Shown here: one piece after another, positions 45,193 through 54,770 of the stretch | Layout: each line of letters opens with the position of its first letter | How positions within the stretch are numbered: the first letter of the stretch is position 1 | Assembly (NCBI GenBank): GCA_963628215.1 | Contig: CAVGEJ010000001.1 | Coordinates: 12,571 to 76,570, forward strand | Direction of reading: 5' to 3' | DNA: 64,000 nucleotides | DNA from: Eubacterium sp. CAG:180 | GTDB lineage: Bacteria; Bacillota; Clostridia; Oscillospirales; CAG-272 | The notes under the pieces: model-generated | Databases searched by the model: none | Told to the model about the DNA's origin: nothing | What the model saw: the letters and a program-made list of their open reading frames with translations, nothing else | Translations under genes and position numbers: made by a program

Positions 45193-45413
45193 GGCTTTTC
45201 GATTCCTTTCTGCCCGGCAGAGCCGCCGGGAATGTGCTGTTTGATCGCTTTTTCGAGTTTCAGGCGATCCATCACCATATCGTGCCGACAGGTCTCGCAA
45301 CGCAGTCTGACTTCCGCACCAACGCGAAGCAATGCGAAGCGATCCCCGCCGCAGGGATGTTTTTTTCGAAGCACGAGGGTATCTCCCGCGCGCAAAAGAG
45401 GAATGCCCGCCAA
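45189..45413 (-). CDS. DUF951-family small protein
   Basis: ...RAGDTLVLRKKHPCGGDRFALLRVGAEVRLRCETCRHDMVMDRLKLEKAIK matches the DUF951 pattern (GD..KKPHPCG...R.GAD...C..C). The track ATG (45488) is upstream of the promoter, so I propose the TTG start at 45413. The stop overlaps the yfhO ATG (ATGA). Confidence 0.65.
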   Translation of the reverse strand: MAGIPLLRAGDTLVLRKKHPCGGDRFALLRVGAEVRLRCETCRHDMVMDRLKLEKAIKQHIPGGSAGQKGIEKP

Positions 45414-45453
45414 ACCGACCGCCTGCCTTTCCGATAAAAGATACGATAAGATT

Positions 45454-45482
45454 ATTATACCATAAAAAGAAAGCGCTGTAAA
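45454..45482 (-). promoter_or_regulatory. promoter of DUF951-yfhO-ruvAB
   Basis: Minus strand TTTACA (fwd 45477-45482), 17 nt, TGG-TATAAT (fwd 45454-45462). Confidence 0.55.
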
Positions 45483-45532
45483 CCGCAAATTCGCACTTTC
45501 CGCTAAAATTTACAATTCAAATGATAATTTGT

Positions 45533-45561
45533 TTGACATCGGCGGGAGAATGTGGTATAAT
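45533..45561 (+). promoter_or_regulatory. promoter of the ruvC operon
   Basis: TTGACA (45533-45538), 17 nt, TGG-TATAAT (45556-45561). Confidence 0.65.
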
Positions 45562-45592
45562 AGAGACTGGATTATCATAGGACGGTGAATGC

Positions 45593-46099
45593 ATGAGAAT
45601 ACTCGGAATCGACCCGGGACTCGCCATCATCGGGTGGGGAGTCGTGGAGTACAACGCGTCAAAATTTCATACCGTAGCCTACGGCGCTCTGCGAACGCCT
45701 GCGGGCATTCCGACCGAGGACAGGCTTTCCCTGATCTGGGACGGAATGCGGGAACTGTTCGACACCTATCACCCCGACGCCATGTCGGTGGAGGAACTGT
45801 TCTTCAACACCAACATTACCACGGGTATCCGCGTGGCGGAGGCGCGAGGGGTTATCCTGCTCAGCGCCAGACAGGCGGGAGTCCCCATGCAGGAATATAC
45901 GCCGCTTCAGGTCAAACAGGCGGTGGTCGGATACGGAAAAGCCGAAAAAACGCAGATCATTGCCATGGTCACGCGGATTCTCGCCCTGCGCGAGCCGCCC
46001 AAGCCTGACGACACGGCGGACGCTTTGGCGCTTGCCATCTGCCACGCCCACAGCGGCGCGTCGCGGATTGCGTCTTACTATAACAAAAACACCATCTGA
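45593..46099 (+). CDS. ruvC: crossover junction endodeoxyribonuclease RuvC
   Basis: MRILGIDPGLAIIGWGVV...SVEELFFNTN...VKQAVVGYGKAEK...DDTADALALAICHA. Confidence 0.95.
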   Translation: MRILGIDPGLAIIGWGVVEYNASKFHTVAYGALRTPAGIPTEDRLSLIWDGMRELFDTYHPDAMSVEELFFNTNITTGIRVAEARGVILLSARQAGVPMQEYTPLQVKQAVVGYGKAEKTQIIAMVTRILALREPPKPDDTADALALAICHAHSGASRIASYYNKNTI

Positions 46100-46110
46100 A
46101 AGGACACGGT

Positions 46111-46977
46111 ATGTGGAGCGCGGAAAACTGGAAGGATTATGAACTGCTTGATACATCGGACGGAGAGCGGTTGGAACGTTGGGGAAAGCTGATTCTCATC
46201 CGCCCCGACCCGCAGATCATCTGGCACGGGGAAGCGAAGCATCCCGCATGGAAACGGGCGGACGGAATCTACCGCCGTTCTTCCTCGGGCGGCGGCGCGT
46301 GGGTGAAGAACGATCTGCCCGAAAGTTGGCAGATCGGTTACGGCGACCTGCGCTTTCTCCTGCGCCCGATGGGCTTCAAGCATACGGGACTGTTTCCCGA
46401 GCAGGCGGCAAACTGGGATTGGTTCGGCGGACTGATCCGGCGGGCAAACCGCCCCGTCCGGGTTCTGAACCTGTTCGCCTACACGGGCGGCGCAACGCTT
46501 GCCGCCGCGGCGGCGGGCGCGTCGGTCGTTCATGTCGACGCGGCGAAAGGGATTGTCGCACAGGCGCGGGAAAACGCACAGCTTTCGGGGCTTGCGGAAG
46601 CGCCGATCCGTTGGATTGTGGACGACTGCAAAAAATTTGTCGAGCGGGAAATCCGCCGCGGCAATCACTATGACGGAATCATCATGGATCCTCCGTCCTA
46701 TGGCAGAGGTCCGGGGGGAGAGGTCTGGAAACTGGAGGACAGCGTGGACGGGCTGATTTCGCTTGCGGCGCAACTGCTCTCCGACGATCCGCTGTTCTTC
46801 CTTGTCAACTCCTATACAACGGGACTGTCGCCGCTGACCATGCAATACCTGCTTGATCTGCGGGTCAGAAAAAAATACGGCGGAACACTGGAATGCGGGG
46901 AACTGGGACTGCGCGTGCGCGAGAGCGGCGGCTTCCTGCCGTGCGGCGCGTCGTCGCGGTGGTTTCGAACCGAATGA
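46111..46977 (+). CDS. class I SAM-dependent methyltransferase (RlmI/YwbD-like short form)
   Basis: FKHTGLFPEQA...VLNLFAYTGGATLAAAAAGA.VVHVD...YDGIIMDPPSYGRG. Confidence 0.8.
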   Translation: MWSAENWKDYELLDTSDGERLERWGKLILIRPDPQIIWHGEAKHPAWKRADGIYRRSSSGGGAWVKNDLPESWQIGYGDLRFLLRPMGFKHTGLFPEQAANWDWFGGLIRRANRPVRVLNLFAYTGGATLAAAAAGASVVHVDAAKGIVAQARENAQLSGLAEAPIRWIVDDCKKFVEREIRRGNHYDGIIMDPPSYGRGPGGEVWKLEDSVDGLISLAAQLLSDDPLFFLVNSYTTGLSPLTMQYLLDLRVRKKYGGTLECGELGLRVRESGGFLPCGASSRWFRTE

Positions 46978-47888
46978 AAGGAAACGAAGCTGTGGCTGAA
47001 TCCGAAATTTATATTCATACCGAGCACCTCTCCTTTGCCTACCAGAGCGACGAGGCAGACCCGACCCCCGCGCTCCGCGACGTCAGTCTCGACATCCGCC
47101 GCGGGGAATATGTGGCGGTTCTCGGGCACAACGGAAGCGGAAAATCCACCTTTGCAAAGCTGCTCAACCTGATGCTTGAGCCGACGGGCGGGAAACTGGT
47201 CATCGGCGGGAAGGATCTGTCCAAATCGGAAAATATGACCGAAGAGGAACTGTTTGCGCATCGCCGCCGGGTCGGCATGGTCTTTCAGAACCCCGACAAT
47301 CAGTTGGTTGCAACGATTGTGGAGGAGGATGTGGCGTTCGGTCCGGAAAACCTCGGGATTCCGAATCCCGAACTGCGTGAGCGTGTTGATGGAGCTCTGG
47401 CAACGGTCGGCATGACCGAATATGCGCACCATGAGCCGCACCGGCTCTCGGGCGGGCAAAAGCAACGCGTTGCCATTGCGGGCGTGATTGCCATGATGCC
47501 GGAATGCGTCATTTTCGACGAATCCACCGCCATGCTGGACCCCTCGGGACGGCGGGAGGTACTGGACATGATCCGTAAACTCAACCGCGAATACGGCATG
47601 ACCGTCCTCAACATCACGCACTACATGGAAGAGGCGGCGCAGGCGGATCGCGTTGTCGTTATCAACGACGGCAGCGTTTATATGGACGGCACGCCGGACG
47701 AAGTGTTCGCAAGGCGGGACGAACTGGTTCGCGTGGGACTGGAAGTTCCGCAGTGTGCCGAACTGTTGCACAGACTCCGCGCGGCGGGGGCGGACGTAGA
47801 CGTTTCCCATGCCGCGAGCATGGAGGGCTGTGCGACGGCGCTCGCGGAAATGCTTGCAAAGCGCGCAGAACCCCGAAAGGATGAATGA
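46974..47888 (+). CDS. ecfA: ECF transporter ATPase component EcfA1
   Basis: Internal start MKGNEAVAESEIYIHTEHLSFAY (ATGA overlap). GHNGSGKST, QNPDNQ, LSGGQKQRVAIAGV, IFDEST, ITH. Confidence 0.9.
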   Translation: MKGNEAVAESEIYIHTEHLSFAYQSDEADPTPALRDVSLDIRRGEYVAVLGHNGSGKSTFAKLLNLMLEPTGGKLVIGGKDLSKSENMTEEELFAHRRRVGMVFQNPDNQLVATIVEEDVAFGPENLGIPNPELRERVDGALATVGMTEYAHHEPHRLSGGQKQRVAIAGVIAMMPECVIFDESTAMLDPSGRREVLDMIRKLNREYGMTVLNITHYMEEAAQADRVVVINDGSVYMDGTPDEVFARRDELVRVGLEVPQCAELLHRLRAAGADVDVSHAASMEGCATALAEMLAKRAEPRKDE

Positions 47889-48849
47889 TCCGAAGATGGA
47901 AAAAATCGTACTGGAGCATATTACCTATATTTACGGCGAGGGAACGCCGTTCCGTCAGGTCGCGCTCGACGACGTCAGCATCGCGATCCGCGAGAACCGC
48001 GTCACGGGCGTCATCGGACATACGGGAAGCGGCAAGTCGACCATGATGCAGTTGCTCAACGGTCTTGCAAAGCCGACGAGCGGAAAAATCCTGTTGGACG
48101 GCTACGACATCAACACCGAACCCGGCGAGGTATACGACGCGTGGCGGAATCTGCCGGAATATGCGGGACTTTCCCGCAGAGCGGCGAAAAAAGCGATCCG
48201 CGAGGAGGTTCTGCGCCGCCGCAAGCGGCTTTGCTTCCGCGTGGGGTTGGTGATGCAGTACCCCGAATATCAGCTGTTTGAGGAAACCGCCCGCAAGGAC
48301 ATTGCCTACGGTCCTGCCAACATGGGGCTGGAGCAGGCGGAGATTGACGCGCGCGTGGCGGAAGCCGCCGAGTGGTGCGGAATTTCGCCCGATCTGCTCG
48401 ACCGCTCCCCGTTTGACCTCTCGGGCGGGCAGAAGCGCCGCATTGCCATTGCTGGCGTGATTGCCATGCGCCCAGAGGTTCTGATTCTCGACGAACCCGC
48501 CGCAGGGCTTGACCCGCAGGGCAGGGATTGGATTTTTGAAGGCATCCGCACCTATCGGGAAAAGACCGGCTCTACGGTGGTCATTGTCAGCCACAGCATG
48601 GAGGATATGGCGCGGTACTGCGACGATGTGGTGGTTCTCGCCAACGCAAAAGTGATTCTGCAAGGGGATCGCGAGGAAATCTTCTCCCACGGAGACCAAT
48701 TGGAGGAAAGCGGTTTGGATGTGCCGCAGATCACGCGCCTGATTGCCATGCTGCGCCGTAAGGGCTTCGATCTGCCCGCAAATATTTACACGGTGGATCG
48801 CGCCTGCGAGGTTCTGCTTGAGAAAACGGCAGGGAGGGCGGCGGAATGA
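47881..48849 (+). CDS. ecfA': ECF transporter ATPase component EcfA2 (with an internal basic insertion)
   Basis: GHTGSGKST, QYPEYQLF, LSGGQKRRIAIAGV, ILDEPAAGLD, VSH. The start may be 47881 or 47896. Confidence 0.88.
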   Translation: MNDPKMEKIVLEHITYIYGEGTPFRQVALDDVSIAIRENRVTGVIGHTGSGKSTMMQLLNGLAKPTSGKILLDGYDINTEPGEVYDAWRNLPEYAGLSRRAAKKAIREEVLRRRKRLCFRVGLVMQYPEYQLFEETARKDIAYGPANMGLEQAEIDARVAEAAEWCGISPDLLDRSPFDLSGGQKRRIAIAGVIAMRPEVLILDEPAAGLDPQGRDWIFEGIRTYREKTGSTVVIVSHSMEDMARYCDDVVVLANAKVILQGDREEIFSHGDQLEESGLDVPQITRLIAMLRRKGFDLPANIYTVDRACEVLLEKTAGRAAE

Positions 48850-49670
48850 AAAAAATCGCTTTCGGGCAATACTACCCTGCGGATTCGGTGATTCACCGCA
48901 TGGACGCGCGGGCAAAGATCATTGCCACGATCCTGTATATTGTCACCGTATTTCTCTGCAAGAACGCGCTCTGCTTTGCGGCTCTGGCGCTTTCGGCGGT
49001 CCTGTTGGTTGCGCTCAGCCGCATTCCGCTCCGTCTGGTTTTGTCCACCCTGAAGCCGCTGATCGTCATCATCACGCTGACGTCTATCATCAATATCTTC
49101 TTTACCAAAGGGGAAACGCTTCTGACCCCCGAAACGTGGAAGATTCATATCTACCTTGAAGGACTCTGGAACGCGCTGTTCATGATCCTGCGCATCACGG
49201 TTCTGTTGGCTGCCACCGGCGTTTTTCTGACCTTTTCCACCACGCCGATTGCGCTGACCGACGCGCTCGAATCGCTTCTGATGCCGCTTGCCAAACTGCA
49301 TATTCCGGTTCACGACCTTGCCATGATTACCACCATTGCCCTGCGGTTCATTCCCACCCTGAGTGAGGAGACCGAGAAGATCATGAACGCGCAGAAGGCG
49401 AGAGGCGCGGACTTTTCAAACGGCGGGCTTATCAAACGTGCCAAAGCGCTCCTGCCCGTGTTCATCCCGCTTCTGTCCTCGGCGTTCAAGCGGGCGGATG
49501 AACTTGCCAACGCCATGGACTGCCGCTGCTACCACGGCGGAGCAGGCAGAACGCGGCTGAACGTGCCGCGCTTCCGGGGCTCGGACGCCGTGGCAATCCT
49601 GCTCGTTACCGCCTTCGGTGTCGGCGTGTTCTTCCTGAACCGTCTCGGCATCGGGTATACCATGAAGTAA
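48846..49670 (+). CDS. ecfT: ECF transporter transmembrane component EcfT
   Basis: YYPADSVIHRMDARAKI..., multi-TM, ...MNAQKARGADF... (coupling-helix region). ATGA overlap with ecfA2. Confidence 0.9.
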   Translation: MKKIAFGQYYPADSVIHRMDARAKIIATILYIVTVFLCKNALCFAALALSAVLLVALSRIPLRLVLSTLKPLIVIITLTSIINIFFTKGETLLTPETWKIHIYLEGLWNALFMILRITVLLAATGVFLTFSTTPIALTDALESLLMPLAKLHIPVHDLAMITTIALRFIPTLSEETEKIMNAQKARGADFSNGGLIKRAKALLPVFIPLLSSAFKRADELANAMDCRCYHGGAGRTRLNVPRFRGSDAVAILLVTAFGVGVFFLNRLGIGYTMK

Positions 49671-49674
49671 CGCC

Positions 49675-50466
49675 ATGAAACTGTTACTCAGAATCGCTTA
49701 TGTCGGCACTCGTTACGGCGGGTATCAGGTTCAGCCGAACGCGGACACGGTGCAGGCGCGGCTGAATCTCGCGGCGGAACGGCTCTTCGGATATCCCTGC
49801 GATATTGTGGGATGCAGTCGGACAGACAGCGGAGTTCACGCGCGCGAATTCTGCGCGGCGGTTACCAAGCGGGGGCGCGACAGTCTGGAGACCGATATCC
49901 CCGCCGCAAGGCTTCCGCTTGCCTTTTCGGCAAATCTGCCCGAGGACATCTGCGTATATGACACGTGTTTCGTCCCGTCGGATTTCCATCCGCGCTACGG
50001 CGTGGTGATGAAGGAATATCTCTATCGGATTCTGAACCGCGCGGTTCGCGACCCGTTTGAAACCGACCGCGCCTATCATCTGCCGAAACCGATTCCCGAA
50101 GCGGCGCTGGAGCAGATGAATCTTGCGGCAGAGCGCCTTTGCGGAACGCACGATTTCCGCGCGTTCATGGCGCAGGGCTCGAAGATTGCCGATACCGTGC
50201 GCACGGTCTATGCCTCCGAAGTCACCCGCGAGGGAGATATTCTCCTGTACCGCGTCCGCGCGGACGGTTTTCTTTACAACATGGTGCGGATTCTTGCGGG
50301 AACTCTGGTTGAGGTCGGGGAGGGGAAGCGCGCCGCCGGGGAAATCCCCGACATTCTCCGCTCGCTTGACCGCTCCCGCGCAGGACGAACCCTGCCTGCG
50401 TGCGGGCTGTATCTGAATCGGGTATTCTATCCCGAGAATCCATTCGGAAGGGAGGGAAACGGTTGA
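49675..50466 (+). CDS. truA: tRNA pseudouridine(38-40) synthase
   Basis: LRIAYVGTRYGGYQVQPN...GCSRTDSGVHA...FLYNMVRILAGTL. Confidence 0.95.
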   Translation: MKLLLRIAYVGTRYGGYQVQPNADTVQARLNLAAERLFGYPCDIVGCSRTDSGVHAREFCAAVTKRGRDSLETDIPAARLPLAFSANLPEDICVYDTCFVPSDFHPRYGVVMKEYLYRILNRAVRDPFETDRAYHLPKPIPEAALEQMNLAAERLCGTHDFRAFMAQGSKIADTVRTVYASEVTREGDILLYRVRADGFLYNMVRILAGTLVEVGEGKRAAGEIPDILRSLDRSRAGRTLPACGLYLNRVFYPENPFGREGNG

Positions 50467-51665
50467 AGCGAAGAAGCGCCCGTGTATCTGTCCGTCCCGA
50501 GCGCCCGCTTGACGCGTATTACGAAAGCATTTCCGAACGCTTCGGGATTACGCAGGTTCTGCTGTACCTTTCCCTGCTCGTGTTCGTTGTGCTGTCGCTA
50601 ATCGGGAATACGGGACTCCTGACGTATCAGAATTTCTACTACTTTTTTAAGGATCTCGGCGCGTCCGCCGAAACGGTGGACGTTCTCCACACCGACGCGC
50701 TGAGCTATCCCACCGACTCCGCGCAGAGTTTTACGCTCTACCGGCAGGGGCTTGCCATCGCGGGGAACACCTCGGTTACGGTCTTTACGCCGTCGGGCAG
50801 ACAGGCGATCAGCCAAAAGCTGCAATACGACAAACCGACCGCCGAAGGGTCTGGGAAATATCTGCTTGTCTACGACGCGGACGGCATGCAGTATTCGCTC
50901 TACAATTCCTACGCGCAGGTCTGGTCAGGCAAGAGCCGATACCCGATCCGAAGCGCGGCGGTCTCGGCTTCCGGCGCATACCTGTTGCTTTCCGCCTCGG
51001 ACGAATTCCCGTCGGAAATGGAACTTTACGACGACCGCTTTGACCGGATCGGCTATTTCACGCTTTCCTCCTACGTCACGGATGTTGCCATCAACCGCAA
51101 GGGAACCGTGTTCGCGTTCCTTGCTTCCGAGGTGCGGGACGGCGCATTTGCAACCTCCATTCGCATTTACGAAACGGGACGGAGCGAACCGGTAGCGGTC
51201 ACGCCGCTCGGAAACGGCTTGGGGCTTTCCTGCTCCTTTACCGATAACGGCAACCTGTCCGTAATCTGCGGCGACGGCGTTTATACCGTCTCTCCACGCG
51301 GAAATCTGTTGAACAGCTATGCGTTTGACGAAAAAACCATCCGCTCCGCCGACGGAAACGGGGACGGATGCGCTCTGATCCTTGCGGAAAACGATATTTC
51401 TTCCAAAAAATCCGCGATTGTATTTGACAAAAGCGGAAAAATCGTGTATCATGAAGCAATCAACGAAACGGCGGGAACGGTCAGGCTTTGCGGAAACGCA
51501 ATCTTTCTGCAATGCTCCGACGGAATCGAGCGCATCCGAACCGACAACGGGCATTCGGAAAAGTTCGTCTGCGTCACCGACGGGCGCTTCATGCTTGCCT
51601 ATGACGAAACCTGCGTTCTGCTCTGCTCGTCCAAGCGGGCGGTATTCTGCCGCTTCGGAACATAA
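50463..51665 (+). CDS. hypothetical N-terminally membrane-anchored protein (repetitive beta-rich ectodomain; DUF5711-like by memory)
   Basis: Proposed TTG start overlapping the truA stop (TTGA), after GGGAGGG. TM helix VLLYLSLLVFVVLSLI, then ~330 aa with recurrent short hydrophobic-turn segments. Confidence 0.65.
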   Translation: MKRRSARVSVRPERPLDAYYESISERFGITQVLLYLSLLVFVVLSLIGNTGLLTYQNFYYFFKDLGASAETVDVLHTDALSYPTDSAQSFTLYRQGLAIAGNTSVTVFTPSGRQAISQKLQYDKPTAEGSGKYLLVYDADGMQYSLYNSYAQVWSGKSRYPIRSAAVSASGAYLLLSASDEFPSEMELYDDRFDRIGYFTLSSYVTDVAINRKGTVFAFLASEVRDGAFATSIRIYETGRSEPVAVTPLGNGLGLSCSFTDNGNLSVICGDGVYTVSPRGNLLNSYAFDEKTIRSADGNGDGCALILAENDISSKKSAIVFDKSGKIVYHEAINETAGTVRLCGNAIFLQCSDGIERIRTDNGHSEKFVCVTDGRFMLAYDETCVLLCSSKRAVFCRFGT

Positions 51666-51695
51666 AACCGGAAATGAGAAAAGGAGAATTTCACC

Positions 51696-52394
51696 ATGCA
51701 GTACATTTTTGATATCTGCGCGCTTGTCATCGCGGCGGTCATCATTTTCAGCTGTGCGCGCAAAGGATTCTTTCTGACCGTGCTCAGCTTCTTCAAGTTC
51801 CTGCTTGCCGTCCTCGCGGCGTACTTCTTCGGCGGCGCGCTCGGCAATCTGCTCGGAAAAATGTTCATCAACGAAGCCGTCTACGGATCGGTTTCCAAGA
51901 AAATCACCAAAATTTATGAGAGTACCGCGGGAACGTTCAATGCGGAAAGCATCACGGAAGCAATTCCGAAATTCCTGCGTTCCGAGGCGCTGACGGAAAA
52001 GCTGAACAGCCTTGACGCCACGGGCGCGGAGTTGGCGGACGCCATGTCGCAAACCGTTGCGGGCGCATTGTCGGCGGTCATCTGCGCGGTGGTCGGCGCG
52101 ATTCTGATGTTCGTGATTGCAATGTTCGTTCTGACGGTTGTATATGCAATTCTCAAAGCGATCCGCTCGAAGTTCAAGCTGCTCGGACTTGCGGACGGCA
52201 TTCTCGGCGCGGTGCTCGGTTGCATGATCGCGTCGCTTGCGCTGATGCTGCTCGGCTCGCTCGCGAAGGTCTTTTTCGGAAACTCGGACGCTTATAACGC
52301 TTCCAAAATTCTGAAATTCTTCGGAAACGCAACGCTCGGAGACTTTTTCGGTTGGCTCAACCTCGGACATTGGATCGATAAACTCAACAGCTAA
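51696..52394 (+). CDS. cvpA: CvpA-family membrane protein
   Basis: MQYIFDICALVIAAVIIFSCARKGFFLTVLSFFKFLLAVLAAYFFGGALG is typical of a CvpA N-terminus. Additional TM helices at the C-terminus. Confidence 0.65.
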   Translation: MQYIFDICALVIAAVIIFSCARKGFFLTVLSFFKFLLAVLAAYFFGGALGNLLGKMFINEAVYGSVSKKITKIYESTAGTFNAESITEAIPKFLRSEALTEKLNSLDATGAELADAMSQTVAGALSAVICAVVGAILMFVIAMFVLTVVYAILKAIRSKFKLLGLADGILGAVLGCMIASLALMLLGSLAKVFFGNSDAYNASKILKFFGNATLGDFFGWLNLGHWIDKLNS

Positions 52395-52448
52395 AAAGTT
52401 AAAAAACACACCGTTAAACAGTGAATTGAGAAACGAAAGGCTTTTACC

Positions 52449-54770
52449 ATGACCATGTGTTCACAATGCCACAAGCGCGTGGCAGTCGTGTTTATGACGC
52501 GGGTGGAAAACGGGGAAAAGACCACCCGGGGTCTTTGCATGAAATGCGCAAAGGAGTTGGGCGTTCCGATTGACAACATCGTCGGAAACGTGATCGACCA
52601 ACTCGGAATTTCCCCCGAACAATTGGAAAACGCCGAAAACGACCTCGGAGAAATGCTCGGACAGGCGCTCAAGCCCTCCGATTGCGACGATCCCGAGGAC
52701 GGCGGCGCGCCCGCCATCGACTTCCCGAAACTGTTCCGCGACGCGGGACTGGTTCCGCCCGAAGCGCCCAAGCCTGCAGACGGCGCACCCGCCGCAGACA
52801 AGGGCAAGAGCGACCGCAAGCGGGAAAAAGAGCAGAAAAAGCTGAAGTTCCTGACCACCTACTGCCGGAATCTGACCGACTTTGCGCGGAAAGGAAAGCT
52901 TGACAACATCATCGGGCGCGACCGGGAACTGGCGCGCGTGATTCAGATTCTCTGCCGCAGGCAGAAGAACAATCCCTGCCTGATCGGCGAGCCGGGCGTG
53001 GGAAAGACCGCGATTGCCGAGGCACTTGCCATCCGCATTGCGGCGGGAAATGTCCCGTACAAACTGCGCGGGAAGGAAATTTATCTGGTCGACATGACCG
53101 CGCTTGTTGCGGGAACGCAATTCCGCGGGCAGTTCGAATCCCGCATTCTCGGGCTTCTCGGCGAGGTGCGCGAGGTCGGCAATGCAATTCTTGTTATCGA
53201 CGAGGTGCACAACATCGTCGGAACGGGAGAAGCGGAGGGAAGCGTCAATGCGGCGAACATCCTCAAACCCGCGCTGTCGCGCGGCGAGGTGCAGGTCATC
53301 GGCGCAACCACACTGAACGAATACCGCAAGTATATCGAAAAGGATTCCGCACTGGAACGCCGTTTCCAACCCGTCACGGTAAACGAGCCGTCGGTGGACG
53401 AGTCGATGGAAATGCTGCAGGGCATCAAGCACTACTACGAGGAATTCCACGCCGTCACGATTCCCGACGAGGTTCTGCGGCGGGCGGTGGTGCTGTCCGA
53501 GCGCTATATCACCGACCGTTTCCTGCCGGACAAGGCAATCGACCTGATCGACGAGGCGGCGGCGCACCGTTCGCTTTCCTCGGCGGTTCTGACGGAAAGT
53601 TACGAAGTCCGCGACAAGCTTCTGGAACTCCGGAACAAGCGCGAAGCACTGGAGGGCGAGATCGCGGGCAACGCGCAGGTGGAGAACAGCCGGTACGAAG
53701 AGATTTCCAAGATTCAGTCCGAGGAATTGCGCCTGAGCGCACGGCTCGACGAACTCGAACCCGAAACGCACCGCATTGAACTGACCGAAAACGATATTGC
53801 CGACGTGATCGAGTTGTGGACAGGCGTTCCCGCAACCACGATTACCGAGAACGAATTCCGTCGGATCGACCGTCTTGAAGAACGTCTCAAGGAGCATATT
53901 GTGGGGCAGGACGCCGCTGTGGAAGCCGTGGCAAGAGCCATCAAACGGAGTCGCGCGGGGATTTCCTACAAGCGCAAACCCGTGTCCTTCATTTTTGCAG
54001 GACCGACGGGCGTCGGAAAGACCGAATTGGTCAAGGTGCTTGCAAACGATCTGTTCTGCTCGCCCGAAACGCTGATCCGTCTGGATATGTCGGAATTCAT
54101 GGAGAAGCATGCGGTATCCCGAATCATCGGCGCGCCTCCCGGATACGTCGGTTACGACGAGGCGGGACAGCTGACCGAGAAGATCCGCCGCAGACCCTAT
54201 TCGGTTGTGTTGTTTGACGAGATCGAAAAGGCGCACCCCGACGTGCTGAATATCCTGCTCCAGATTCTCGACGACGGCAGAATCACCGACGCGCGCGGAA
54301 AGACCGTCAACTTCGAAAATACCGTTATCGTCATGACCACAAACGCAGGCTCGGATCACTCTGCGGCAACGGCGGGCTTCAGCGCAAGCGAACAGACCGC
54401 CGCCGAGGACAAAACGCAAAAGGCGCTGTCCGCCTTCCTGCGCCCCGAGTTCCTCAACCGCGTGGATGAAATCATTACGTTCCGTCAGCTTGACCGCAAC
54501 GACTTTGTGCGCATCGCATCCATCATGCTCGGGGAACTTTCCGCGGCATTGGCGGAGAAGCACATCACGCTGACCGTGACCGACGCCGCCAAGGAACAGA
54601 TTGCGGATAAGTCCTATTCCCGCACCTACGGCGCGCGGAATATGCGGCGCTATATTCAAAAGGAAGTTGAGGACAGGCTCGCGGCAGAGTTGATCTCGGG
54701 CTACGAGCAGCATTACACGCAGGCGATTGTCGACGCAGACGCGGACGGCATCCGCGTTCGGTGTCTCTGA
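52449..54770 (+). CDS. ClpE-like Clp/Hsp100 AAA+ unfoldase (N-terminal zinc ribbon, two AAA modules)
   Basis: CSQCHKR...CMKCAKE zinc ribbon. D1: [15 protein letters not shown] / [11 protein letters not shown]. Short coiled-coil M region. D2: [15 protein letters not shown] / [21 protein letters not shown] is a possible ClpP-docking loop. Confidence 0.9.
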   Translation: MTMCSQCHKRVAVVFMTRVENGEKTTRGLCMKCAKELGVPIDNIVGNVIDQLGISPEQLENAENDLGEMLGQALKPSDCDDPEDGGAPAIDFPKLFRDAGLVPPEAPKPADGAPAADKGKSDRKREKEQKKLKFLTTYCRNLTDFARKGKLDNIIGRDRELARVIQILCRRQKNNPCLIGEPGVGKTAIAEALAIRIAAGNVPYKLRGKEIYLVDMTALVAGTQFRGQFESRILGLLGEVREVGNAILVIDEVHNIVGTGEAEGSVNAANILKPALSRGEVQVIGATTLNEYRKYIEKDSALERRFQPVTVNEPSVDESMEMLQGIKHYYEEFHAVTIPDEVLRRAVVLSERYITDRFLPDKAIDLIDEAAAHRSLSSAVLTESYEVRDKLLELRNKREALEGEIAGNAQVENSRYEEISKIQSEELRLSARLDELEPETHRIELTENDIADVIELWTGVPATTITENEFRRIDRLEERLKEHIVGQDAAVEAVARAIKRSRAGISYKRKPVSFIFAGPTGVGKTELVKVLANDLFCSPETLIRLDMSEFMEKHAVSRIIGAPPGYVGYDEAGQLTEKIRRRPYSVVLFDEIEKAHPDVLNILLQILDDGRITDARGKTVNFENTVIVMTTNAGSDHSAATAGFSASEQTAAEDKTQKALSAFLRPEFLNRVDEIITFRQLDRNDFVRIASIMLGELSAALAEKHITLTVTDAAKEQIADKSYSRTYGARNMRRYIQKEVEDRLAAELISGYEQHYTQAIVDADADGIRVRCL

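Noticed and set aside
45489-45592. LexA/SOS box in the divergent ruvC / DUF951-yfhO-ruvAB control region
   Set aside because: No GAAC-N4-GTTC-type motif is present. Only a 5-bp CAAAT-gata-ATTTG palindrome is there, which is too short to interpret.
52395-52448. GTTAAA-N9-GTTAAA direct repeat upstream of the clpE-like gene as a CtsR operator
   Set aside because: Each repeat unit mismatches the remembered GTCAAA heptad at one position, and the period is 15 nt rather than 10. Not convincing without a PWM scan.
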